A program made the position numbers and the translations under genes. A DNA stretch of 5,512 nt from a virus (lineage: Duplodnaviria; Heunggongvirae; Uroviricota; Caudoviricetes): IMG/VR virus record IMGVR_UViG_2706794670_000011; one strand, given 5' to 3'. The notes below the pieces were generated by a model. It was not told the DNA's origin. It was given only the letters and a program-made list of their open reading frames with translations, and ran no database searches. Positions 1 through 5,512 of this stretch are shown in pieces. Numbering within the stretch: position 1 is the stretch's first letter; each line of letters begins with the position of its first letter.

Positions 1-6
1 CTTTAG

Positions 7-384
7 AGTAACGTTGGGTTTTTCTGCTCATTATTAGCTCCTTCTGATGCCATTCTATTTCAGGAAGGAGTGTCCGTTAAACTCAGGCTACCTCAATTTG
101 CGCTGGGAAGTGGTGCGCAAGTTGCGTCTAGTGGCGATATTTATGGTTCAGTGTGGGAAAACAACTGGTTAAGCACATGGCTGCATAATCATGTCGTTCG
201 GGATATTCGTCTTGGCAGCATTGAATATAAAAACGTATGGCGCGACTACGGCTTTGGCGATGCGTCAGGTTATGTTTTAACAGCCGCAATTAACAGCAAT
301 GCGGATGATATTGTCGACACTGTTGCCAGAAGGCCAATTCAGAAATTGATTGGGGGAATATGGTACAACGTGGGGAGTGTTTAA
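7..384 (+). CDS. Tail fibre protein, C-terminal segment (stf-like); 5' part lies upstream of the window or is truncated
   Basis: Open frame from 7 to TAA at 382-384, directly followed by a tfa gene (TAAGATG junction). Its last ~60 aa align with the C-terminal end encoded on the minus strand at 1478-1660 (VRDIRLGS...[17 protein letters not shown] vs VRDVRLGT...[17 protein letters not shown]). An in-frame TAG sits at 4-6. Confidence 0.6.
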   Translation, partial: SNVGFFCSLLAPSDAILFQEGVSVKLRLPQFALGSGAQVASSGDIYGSVWENNWLSTWLHNHVVRDIRLGSIEYKNVWRDYGFGDASGYVLTAAINSNADDIVDTVARRPIQKLIGGIWYNVGSV

Positions 385-385
385 G

Positions 386-913
386 ATGATGCACCTGAAA
401 AATATTAAGGCCGGGAATCCGAAAACACCGGAACAATACCAGCTAACTAAAAAAGCGGGCGTGGTATGGCTCTTTTGCGAAGATGGCAAAAACTGGTATG
501 AGGAACAAAAGAATTTTCAGCCAGACACCATAAAAATTGCTTACGATGAGAACAACATCATCGTTGCTGTCAGTAAAGACGTTTCAACTATTAATCCTGA
601 AGGGCTAAGCATAGTTGAAGTTCCTGATATTACGGCAAATCGTCACGCAGACAATAACGGAAAATGGATGTTTCTGGATGGTAAAGTAGTAAAGAGGGAA
701 TATACAGAACAGGAACTGCAACAACAGGCCGAATCACAAAAGGCCGCATTGCTTTCCGAAGCTGAATCAGTCATCCAGCCGCTGGAACGAGCTGTCAGGC
801 TGAATATGGCAACAGACGAGGAACGCACACGACTGGAAGCATGGGAACGCTACAGTGTTCTGGTCAGCCGTGTGGATACGGCAAATCCTGAATGGCCACA
901 AAAGCCTGAATAA
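386..913 (+). CDS. Tail fibre assembly protein (Tfa family chaperone)
   Basis: ATG at 386 ([14 protein letters not shown]...) one base after the stf stop, with GGGGAG 8 nt upstream. N-terminus and length match the Tfa family and are homologous to the convergent copy at 942-1475 ([14 protein letters not shown]...). C-terminus ([22 protein letters not shown]) is homologous to the tfa remnants at 2698-2781 and 3597-3830. The ORF track begins at 350, but 386 is the more likely start. Confidence 0.85.
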   Translation: MMHLKNIKAGNPKTPEQYQLTKKAGVVWLFCEDGKNWYEEQKNFQPDTIKIAYDENNIIVAVSKDVSTINPEGLSIVEVPDITANRHADNNGKWMFLDGKVVKREYTEQELQQQAESQKAALLSEAESVIQPLERAVRLNMATDEERTRLEAWERYSVLVSRVDTANPEWPQKPE

Positions 914-918
914 AAATT

Positions 919-938
919 AAGGCCCGATAGCGGGCCTT
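919..938. terminator. Hairpin between convergent tfa genes, likely bidirectional intrinsic terminator
   Basis: AAGGCCCG-ATAG-CGGGCCTT: perfect 8-bp GC-rich stem with 4-nt loop in the 28-bp gap between the two tfa stop codons. An A/T run (TAAAAATT) flanks it on one side. Confidence 0.5.
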
Positions 939-941
939 CTC

Positions 942-1475
942 TCATTCTGGTTGTTCGGGAAACGTTACTGGCAGGCTGGAGGTGTCTGTGGATTCAACCT
1001 TCTGCGCATAGAGCATCCACTCGGTTAATTTTTGTTTATTCTCATCGGAAATGATGCCCAGCTGTAGCTGAGAGTCCCACAGCTGGGTTTTATCCCTGAC
1101 GAGCTGCAGCAGGCTCTGCTTTTCATTTTCCGCTTGTTGCCTTTGCTCTTCCTCGGTATAAGTTCGCTTTATCACCGCACCATCTTTGAACATCCAGTTG
1201 CCCGAAATATCAGCCCGGCGATTTGCTGTAATATCAGGCAACTCAACGACACTTAAACCTTCTGGATTAATTGCTGATACATCCTTGTCTATAGCAATAA
1301 TTATTCCCTCAACTGTGTAAGCCAGTTTTATTGTATCCTCCTGAAAGTTTTTTAATTCCTCATGCCAATTTTTTCCATCTTCGGACCATAACCAGATAAC
1401 ATCAAAATTCTTTGTTAGCTGGTATTGTTCAACGGTTTTTGGATTACCTGCGACAATGTTTTTTAAATGCTGCAT
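942..1475 (-). CDS. Tail fibre assembly protein (Tfa family), alternative copy
   Basis: 177-aa ORF starting [37 protein letters not shown], homologous along its length to the plus-strand Tfa at 386-913. Its ATG sits 2 nt after the stop of the upstream 49-aa stf' C-terminal ORF (TAATCATG). Confidence 0.85.
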   Translation of the reverse strand: MQHLKNIVAGNPKTVEQYQLTKNFDVIWLWSEDGKNWHEELKNFQEDTIKLAYTVEGIIIAIDKDVSAINPEGLSVVELPDITANRRADISGNWMFKDGAVIKRTYTEEEQRQQAENEKQSLLQLVRDKTQLWDSQLQLGIISDENKQKLTEWMLYAQKVESTDTSSLPVTFPEQPE

Positions 1476-1477
1476 GA

Positions 1478-1624
1478 TTATACCTGCGATACGTTATACC
1501 ATGTTCCGTTAATTAACTTTTGTATTGGTCTGAATACTGCCGGATCATCACCATCGACTTCACCGATAATACCAAGCCCCGTGATTACATGGCCTGATTT
1601 TTCATACATCACGCCTTTCTTCAT
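1478..1624 (-). CDS. 49-aa ORF encoding the conserved C-terminal end of the alternative tail fibre, detached from stf' by an in-frame amber codon
   Basis: Minus-strand [51 protein letters not shown]. It is in the same frame as the stf' ORF, separated only by TAG (1628-1630) plus one codon. It is homologous to the last ~45 aa of the plus-strand stf. Confidence 0.5.
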   Translation of the reverse strand: MKKGVMYEKSGHVITGLGIIGEVDGDDPAVFRPIQKLINGTWYNVSQV

Positions 1625-1627
1625 GGT

Positions 1628-2392
1628 CTAAACAACTCGTGTGCCAAGTCTGACATCTCTCACATAGCGGGAATCAAAGTTACCGTAATCCGAGGGATTA
1701 ACACGTCCCGTAATATTTATGGTTTTATTACTTTGAATGCTTCCGGAGACAAAGCGCATAACATGGACGTTATTAGCATAAACATCCAGATTACCATCGC
1801 CTTTTTGTTTAAAGCCCGTGTCATTATCACCCAATACAATCGAATTACCGCCAAGAGCACTGGATGTTCCGATACCCAGTGCACCATTCAGTTGACCACC
1901 AGANNNNNNNNNNNNNNNNNNNNNNNNNNNNNNNNNNNNNNNNNNNNNNNNNNNNNNNNNNNNNNNNNNNNNNNNNNNNNNNNNNNNNNNNNNNNNNNNN
2001 NNNNNNNNNNNNNNNNNNNNNNNNNNNNNNNNNNNNNNNNNNNNNNNNNNNNNNNNNNNNNNNNNNNNNNNNNNNNNNNNNNNNNNNNNNNNNNNNNNNN
2101 NNNNNNNNNNNNNNNNNNNNNNNNNNNNNNNNNNNNNNNNNNNNNNGGTGCTTCCTGTTTTCCCTAAGGCAAACGCACCAACATGACTTGCTTTTAATGT
2201 GATATCGGAGGAACCATCAAAAGCCACATTGCTTATTTTCCTGGCAGTTTTTAATTTTGCAGCTGTAGAAGCATTGCCGGATAGTTCACCAGAAAGGCCA
2301 CCGCTGAATGTTTGTCGATTAGTCCAGGTATTCGCTGTACTGAGTAACGGTATTTTCTCCCCGCTTGTGCCGAGTTCTCGTAAACCGAGGTT
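1628..2392 (-). CDS. Alternative tail fibre variable C-terminal segment (stf'); ends at in-frame TAG; middle part masked by Ns
   Basis: Minus frame is open from the crossover-like site (~2392) to TAG at 1628-1630. Translation (...ANTWTNRQTFSGGLSGELSGNASTAAKLKTARKISNVAFDGSSDITLKASHVGAFALGKTGST[81 masked]SGGQLNGALGIGTSSALGGNSIVLGDNDTGFKQKGDGNLDVYANNVHVMRFVSGS...) is typical of phage side tail fibre distal domains. The GTG at 2227 that the ORF track uses as start is probably internal. Confidence 0.65.
   Translation of the reverse strand, partial: NLGLRELGTSGEKIPLLSTANTWTNRQTFSGGLSGELSGNASTAAKLKTARKISNVAFDGSSDITLKASHVGAFALGKTGSTXXXXXXXXXXXXXXXXXXXXXXXXXXXXXXXXXXXXXXXXXXXXXXXXXXXXXXXXXXXXXXXXXXXXXXXXXXXXXXXXXSGGQLNGALGIGTSSALGGNSIVLGDNDTGFKQKGDGNLDVYANNVHVMRFVSGSIQSNKTINITGRVNPSDYGNFDSRYVRDVRLGTRVV
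1904..2146. other. Masked or unknown sequence (run of 243 N) inside stf'
   Basis: Continuous N run seen directly; content cannot be evaluated. Confidence 1.
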
Positions 2393-2400
2393 TTAGATAA
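2375..2400. promoter_or_regulatory. Candidate 26-bp crossover site for a Hin/Gin/Pin-family DNA invertase (hix/gix/pix-like)
   Basis: TTCTCGTAAACC-GA-GGTTTTAGATAA: two 12-bp imperfect inverted half-sites around a 2-bp core, located where the stf' frame opens and ~55 bp upstream of the invertase gene, the canonical position. The match to known crossover sites is from memory. Confidence 0.6.
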
Positions 2401-2454
2401 TGGCGGTTTCTGGCCTGCATGGCATGATTTGTGCTTTTGGACGGGAGATTCAGC

Positions 2455-2697
2455 GTGCTGATTGGCTATGTAAGGGTATCAACAAATGACCAGAATACAG
2501 ACCTGCAACGAAACGCTCTTGTTTGTGCAGGATATGAACAAATATTTGAAGATAAATTAAGCGGAACAAGGACAGGCCGACCTGGATTAAAACGTGCTTT
2601 AAAGCGCCTTCAAAAAGGTGACGCACTGGTTGTCTGAAAACTGGACTGACTGGGGCACTGTATGCGGCATCTTGTCGTGCTGGTGGTGGAAGCCTAG
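2455..2697 (+). pseudogene. pin: Serine DNA invertase (Pin/Hin/Gin family), disrupted: N-terminal ~80 codons with three in-frame stops, fused to a tfa 3' fragment
   Basis: GTG start at 2455 with GGAG 7 nt upstream. Translation MLIGYVRVSTNDQNTDLQRNALVCAGYEQIFEDKLSGTRTGRPGLKRALKRLQKGDALVV*KLD*LGHCMRHLVVLVVEA* carries the serine-recombinase N-terminal catalytic motif (YVRVST) and the family WKLDRLGR motif with W and R replaced by TGA (2635-2637, 2647-2649). The C-terminal two-thirds, including the HTH domain, is absent. Confidence 0.8.
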
Positions 2698-2781
2698 AAA
2701 AAGTATCGGGTGTTGCTGAACCGTGTTGATACATCAACTGCACCTGATATTGAGTGGCCTACGAACCCTGTCAGGGAGTAA
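2698..2781 (+). pseudogene. Tail fibre assembly protein 3' fragment (last ~28 codons), fused in frame behind the pin remnant
   Basis: [27 protein letters not shown] is nearly identical to the C-terminus of the tfa remnant at 3597-3830 and homologous to the C-terminus of Tfa at 386-913. The Trp codon of the conserved EAW motif is TAG here (2695-2697). Confidence 0.6.
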
Positions 2782-2830
2782 TCATTGGGATTATGCCGCA
2801 GCACGTCTTAAGCAAGAACGTGCTGCGGTT
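2698..2830 (+). repeat. Direct repeat copy 1 (tfa 3' end plus downstream hairpin)
   Basis: Manual alignment of 2704-2830 against 3753-3880 gives 9 mismatches and one 1-bp indel over ~127 bp. It contains the hairpin CCGCAGCACGT-(11 nt)-ACGTGCTGCGG at 2796-2828, followed by a T-run at 2839-2844. Confidence 0.85.
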
Positions 2831-2835
2831 GGATG

Positions 2836-3504
2836 CTATTTTTTCCCTGAAGCGGAAAACATTACTACAGTACCTTGAACCCTGGTTTTAACATTCTCGA
2901 AATGCTCTGAGAGTATATGTGTTAAGCCTTCTTCGGAATCTTTTGTGTTTGAAAAGATGCCTTTCTGATTGTAAATGCGCATCAGTTTTTGACCGAAGCT
3001 ATTGTGCACAACTCCATCGCCAAGAATTGTGGCTCCGTATAGAGTTCCATCGTCAGTTAAGGCCTGCGCCGCATTGCGTATTACACAGCTTTTTGTAGAT
3101 ATATTTCCAGGCAGGCAGTGAAGAAGGTAAAACATGGAAATGGAATCAAATTGACCATGTAACGCCGCGGGATAAGGTTCAAAAACATCATGGCTAATTT
3201 TATGTTTAATTTTTGATTCCCCAGCCCTTGTAGATGCCGCGTTCAGGCTAGCTTCGTTCAAATCCATTAAAGATATCAGACTACTCTCAGGTACGTGAGT
3301 AAGGTAAAACCCAGTTCCAACACCAATATCCAGATGGTTGTTACCTAAATGTTCCAGAAAGTGTGGAAGAAGGTGTTCCTTTGTAGGACATCCCCATGCA
3401 AGCCGATTTGATACTCCCAAAACCCACCAGTCATAAAGCTTTAGGGTAAGTGGTGTGTAAATTTTAGCCCCATCATCTGTGTTTGTTTTCATTGATTTCA
3501 CCAT
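2836..3504 (-). CDS. Class I SAM-dependent methyltransferase (Rossmann fold), substrate unknown; probable prophage cargo (moron) gene
   Basis: 222-aa ORF (218 aa from the second ATG at 3492, which has GGTGA 5 nt upstream). Motif I LDIGVGTGFY (GxGxG SAM-binding loop), an acidic residue at the end of the next strand (LISLMDLNE), a later FDSISMFYLLHCLP segment and ALTDDGTLY. No DPPY/NPPY or PC-ENV motifs, so it is not an obvious DNA methyltransferase. Confidence 0.75.
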   Translation of the reverse strand: MVKSMKTNTDDGAKIYTPLTLKLYDWWVLGVSNRLAWGCPTKEHLLPHFLEHLGNNHLDIGVGTGFYLTHVPESSLISLMDLNEASLNAASTRAGESKIKHKISHDVFEPYPAALHGQFDSISMFYLLHCLPGNISTKSCVIRNAAQALTDDGTLYGATILGDGVVHNSFGQKLMRIYNQKGIFSNTKDSEEGLTHILSEHFENVKTRVQGTVVMFSASGKK

Positions 3505-3533
3505 GTTATAGTTTTATTTGTGAATTAAATCAA
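3505..3533 (-). promoter_or_regulatory. Candidate sigma70 promoter for the methyltransferase gene
   Basis: On the minus strand, TTGATT - 17 bp - TATAAC lies immediately upstream of the first ATG, in an AT-rich gap. It is speculative, and the spacing to the preferred second start is tight. Confidence 0.25.
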
Positions 3534-3596
3534 TTATGGCGATGAATTACAAGGGGTTAAATGCTGCCGCAGCATAGCGATATTGAAATAGCCTAG

Positions 3597-3830
3597 TATG
3601 CTTCGATACAGCAGGAGCCGAATGGCTGGAAGACCGTCACCACACAGTTCTACATCCAGGAATTTAGTGAGTATATTGCGCCACTGCAGGATGCTGTAGA
3701 TCTGGAAATCGCAACGGAGGAAGAAAGATCGTTGCTGGAGGCATGGAATAAATATCGGGTATTGTTGAATCGTGTTGATACATCAACTGCACCTGATATT
3801 GAGTGGCCTGCAAATCCTGTCAGGGAGTAA
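3597..3830 (+). pseudogene. Tail fibre assembly protein C-terminal remnant (~77 codons, no start codon)
   Basis: Frame open from 3597 (stop at 3594-3596) to TAA at 3828-3830. Translation ...[57 protein letters not shown] is homologous to the C-terminal third of Tfa at 386-913. There is no ATG and no N-terminal Tfa domain. Confidence 0.7.
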
Positions 3831-3880
3831 TCATTGGGATTATGCCGCAGACACGTCGTATGCAGGAACGTGCTGCGGTT
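3747..3880 (+). repeat. Direct repeat copy 2 (tfa 3' end plus downstream hairpin)
   Basis: Partner of 2698-2830. Hairpin at 3845-3878 (CCGCAGACACGT...ACGTGCTGCGG) has a 1-nt bulge relative to copy 1. Confidence 0.85.
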
Positions 3881-3944
3881 AGTTTGTGAGCTTTCGATAG
3901 TGGTTGTTATTTTTGCCCTTATTTGTTCCGGAGGCCATGGTTCA

Positions 3945-4115
3945 ATGGTCCGTCTGCCCCCTGTGGTGATGTCAGCAAAATCAGCCACTGCGCGAACCAC
4001 AATAGCCCGGGAAGATGCTGAAGATCACCAGGTAAAGCTGTCAGCGCAGAAACTGGAAGAACTGCTCGCATCAATGGTTAAGGATGAGGTTGATCGCAAT
4101 GATGGGATTTATTGA
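3945..4115 (+). CDS. Hypothetical small protein (56 aa), doubtful
   Basis: ATG at 3945 with GGAGG 10 nt upstream; MVRLPPVVMSAKSATARTTIAREDAEDHQVKLSAQKLEELLASMVKDEVDRNDGIY*. No family recognised. The frame continues open for 29 codons after the TGA at 4113-4115. Confidence 0.2.
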   Translation: MVRLPPVVMSAKSATARTTIAREDAEDHQVKLSAQKLEELLASMVKDEVDRNDGIY

Positions 4116-4209
4116 CGTCAGCGAGAGCAGAAGGAAGAACTGAATAACCTGAATGATTTACGCTCAATCAGAGCGATGGCGATTAGCGGCAATCACGCTC
4201 GATAAAATT

Positions 4210-4234
4210 AACCTCGGTGATCATCCGGGGTTTT
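4210..4234. terminator. Hairpin between convergent genes, possible bidirectional terminator
   Basis: AACCTCGG-TGATCAT-CCGGGGTT (8-bp stem, one mismatch) followed by TTTT on the plus strand and preceded by an A/T run, a few nt from the rha stop at 4241-4243. Confidence 0.4.
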
Positions 4235-4240
4235 GCATTC

Positions 4241-4833
4241 ATTAAAACCGCATCAACCTTTCCACCAATTGTTCTTTACGGGCAACGATCCACCCATGTT
4301 GCTCCAGATAAAATTTAAACCGTTCCAGAGTGCATACCATCGCATCGGCGGGGACTTTTTCTGTGAACTCGACCTGANNNNNNNNNNNNNNNNNNNNNNN
4401 NNNNNNNNNNNNNNNNNNNNNNNNNNNNNNNNNNNNNNNNNNNNNNNNNNNNNNNNNNNNNNNNNNNNNNNNNNNNNNNNNNNNNNNNNNNNNNNNNNNN
4501 NNNNNNNNNNNNNNNNNNNNNNNNNNNNNNNNNNNNNNNNNNNNNNNNNNNNNNNNNNNNNNNNNNNNNNNNNNNNNNNNNNNNNNNNNNNNNNNNNNNN
4601 NNNNNNNNNNNNNNNNNNNNNNNNNNNNNNNNNNNNNNNNNNNNNNNNNNNNNNNNNNNCCGAAAAGTTGGCTGATGTAAATTCGGGAGAGCAGTCGAGT
4701 GTGTCAATCTTAGCTAAAACGTGTTTATGTTGTTTATCGAAGTAGTCGGCAACAGCTTGAGAGGTGGTAACCAGGCGACCATCTTTGAAAAAGACTTTTG
4801 GTGACTCGTTAGAAAAAGTTATAGCTGTATTCA
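4241..4833 (-). CDS. Phage regulatory protein, Rha family (N-terminal Rha domain visible; centre masked; C-terminal part in a different frame)
   Basis: ATG at 4833 (minus) with GGAG 9 nt upstream. N-terminus MNTAITFSNESPKVFFKDGRLVTTSQAVADYFDKQHKHVLAKIDTL matches the Rha-domain pattern (...TTS..VA..F.K.H..VL..I..L). After the N-run the only protein-like minus frame is ...QVEFTEKVPADAMVCTLERFKFYLEQHGWIVARKEQLVERLMRF*, ending at 4241-4243. Confidence 0.6.
4378..4659. other. Masked or unknown sequence (run of 282 N) inside the rha locus
   Basis: Continuous N run seen directly. Confidence 1.
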
Positions 4834-5409
4834 TATGTGATGACTCCAATTAATTGGATGATCACCACCTCTGACGCCAATCAGGGAGGTGGTGAGACGT
4901 ACAGGGTTGGCGTAACCGGTCATCACAAAACCCGGCGCGGATTTCTCCGCCCCTGCACGCCCCACCATAATGCGAATGTGGCAATGCTTAACGCAAAAAA
5001 AACCGCAAACGCGGCTATGCGTTGTGATGTTATCCGAGACGCCAATCCCGACAACCGATTTTGCGGTTGTGTGAGGAATATAGCCCCGGAGAACAAAAAC
5101 TGTCAACGGGCAAAAAAATTTCCGTTATCAGGAATGTATAAAATTAAAGCGATCGAGCAAAAAATCCTTTCTGCAAAACTAAAAAAGATTTCAATAAAAT
5201 CAGGCAGTTAAAAACACGGAAAACGGTATAAAAAAGCGCCTCAAAATCCTGTTTTTTCTTTCAGATACAATGTCTTATTGCATTTTTTAAAACATGTCAG
5301 TGTGGTACATGGATATCGATACCATCGCCAATTATAAACTGGGCGGTGCACAGCAACATGATAGCGTACGCCTCGATCCGTGGGTGTTTATGTTCTCAGC
5401 AGGATATCG

Positions 5410-5512
5410 GGTAATGACTCCAACTTATTGATAGTGTTTTATGTTCAGATAATGCCCGATGACTTTGTCATGCAGCTCCACCGATTTTGAGAACGACAGC
5501 GACTTCCGTCCC
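5410..5512 (-). mobile_element. IS1 insertion sequence, right end (partial; continues beyond the window)
   Basis: GGTAATGACTCCAACTTATTGATAGTGTTTTATGTTCAGATAATGCCCGATGACTTTGTCATGCAGCTCC... matches, from memory, the reverse complement of the IS1 right terminus, including the ~23-bp terminal inverted repeat at 5410-5432. Confidence 0.9.
5425..5512 (-). CDS. insB: IS1 transposase InsB, C-terminal end (partial)
   Basis: Minus-strand translation ...GRKSLSFSKSVELHDKVIGHYLNIKHYQ* with stop at 5425-5427, the characteristic InsB C-terminus. Confidence 0.85.
   Translation of the reverse strand, partial: GRKSLSFSKSVELHDKVIGHYLNIKHYQ

Noticed and set aside
8-27. Possible left crossover site (GTAACGTTGGGTTTTT) at the start of the window
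   Set aside because: Only a partial match to the 2375-2400 site (about 10 of 16 positions in the best register), and the central palindrome differs. The partner site more likely lies upstream of the window.
277-828. Minus-strand ORFs 277-489 and 643-828
   Set aside because: Antisense to the stf and tfa coding regions; shadow ORFs.
1733-2202. Plus-strand ORFs 1733-2167 and 1864-2202
   Set aside because: Antisense to stf' and composed mostly of masked N codons.
2199-2396. 65-aa plus-strand ORF
   Set aside because: Antisense to the open stf' frame; no ribosome-binding site; hydrophobic, low-complexity translation.
2450-2743. 97-aa minus-strand ORF
   Set aside because: Antisense to the pin remnant, in codon register with it; typical shadow ORF.
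2836-3504. Methyltransferase as a restriction-modification or orphan DNA methyltransferase
   Set aside because: No DPPY/NPPY or PC/ENV catalytic motifs, no target-recognition domain, and no adjacent endonuclease or specificity gene. A small-molecule-type class I methyltransferase fits better.
3834-3944. Upstream extension of the 3834-4115 ORF
   Set aside because: It starts inside the repeat hairpin at a non-ATG codon and is Cys/Arg/Val-rich. If the ORF is real, the ATG at 3945 with GGAGG is the plausible start.
3650-4000. 116-aa minus-strand ORF
   Set aside because: Antisense to the tfa remnant and hairpin repeat; no start context; unlikely composition.
4233-4745. 170-aa plus-strand ORF across the N-run
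   Set aside because: Antisense and in register with the rha C-terminal frame, largely made of masked N, no ribosome-binding site.
4253-4849. ORF-track minus-strand ORF joining the Rha N-terminus to a Trp/Ser-rich tail, and the 4315-4707 ORF
   Set aside because: The post-gap parts are in implausible frames; the protein-like frame ends at 4241. Continuity across the N-run is an artefact of masked codons. The TTG start at 4849 is less likely than ATG 4833.
4831-5211. Plus ORF 4837-5211 and minus ORF 4831-5106
   Set aside because: Overlapping ORFs in an A-rich, repeat-containing spacer; no ribosome-binding sites; biased composition. Treated as non-coding.
1-5512. CRISPR arrays, tRNA or rRNA genes
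   Set aside because: No regularly spaced short direct repeats and no tRNA-like T-loop or acceptor structure found on inspection. The repeats present are gene-fragment duplications and hairpins.

Overview
This window reads as a decaying tailed-prophage segment from an enterobacterial (E. coli/Shigella-type) genome. From left to right: (1) a tail-fibre host-range inversion module, with convergent stf-tfa and tfa'-stf' gene pairs separated by a hairpin terminator, a 26-bp invertase crossover-like site at 2375-2400, and a pin-type serine invertase gene killed by nonsense codons and fused to a tfa 3' fragment; (2) a class I SAM-dependent methyltransferase gene on the minus strand, bracketed by two direct copies (~127 bp) of a tfa 3' end plus hairpin, the most interesting cargo-like element here; (3) a tfa C-terminal remnant, a doubtful small ORF, and a Rha-family phage regulator gene interrupted by a masked N-run; (4) a ~440-bp ORF-free, A-rich region with nested inverted repeats; (5) the terminal inverted repeat and insB 3' end of an IS1 copy running off the window. 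Two N-runs (1904-2146, 4378-4659) hide parts of stf' and rha. All calls rest on reading the sequence and remembered protein-family motifs; no database search was possible. I did not find a clearly novel multi-gene system; the repeat-flanked methyltransferase is the best candidate for follow-up.
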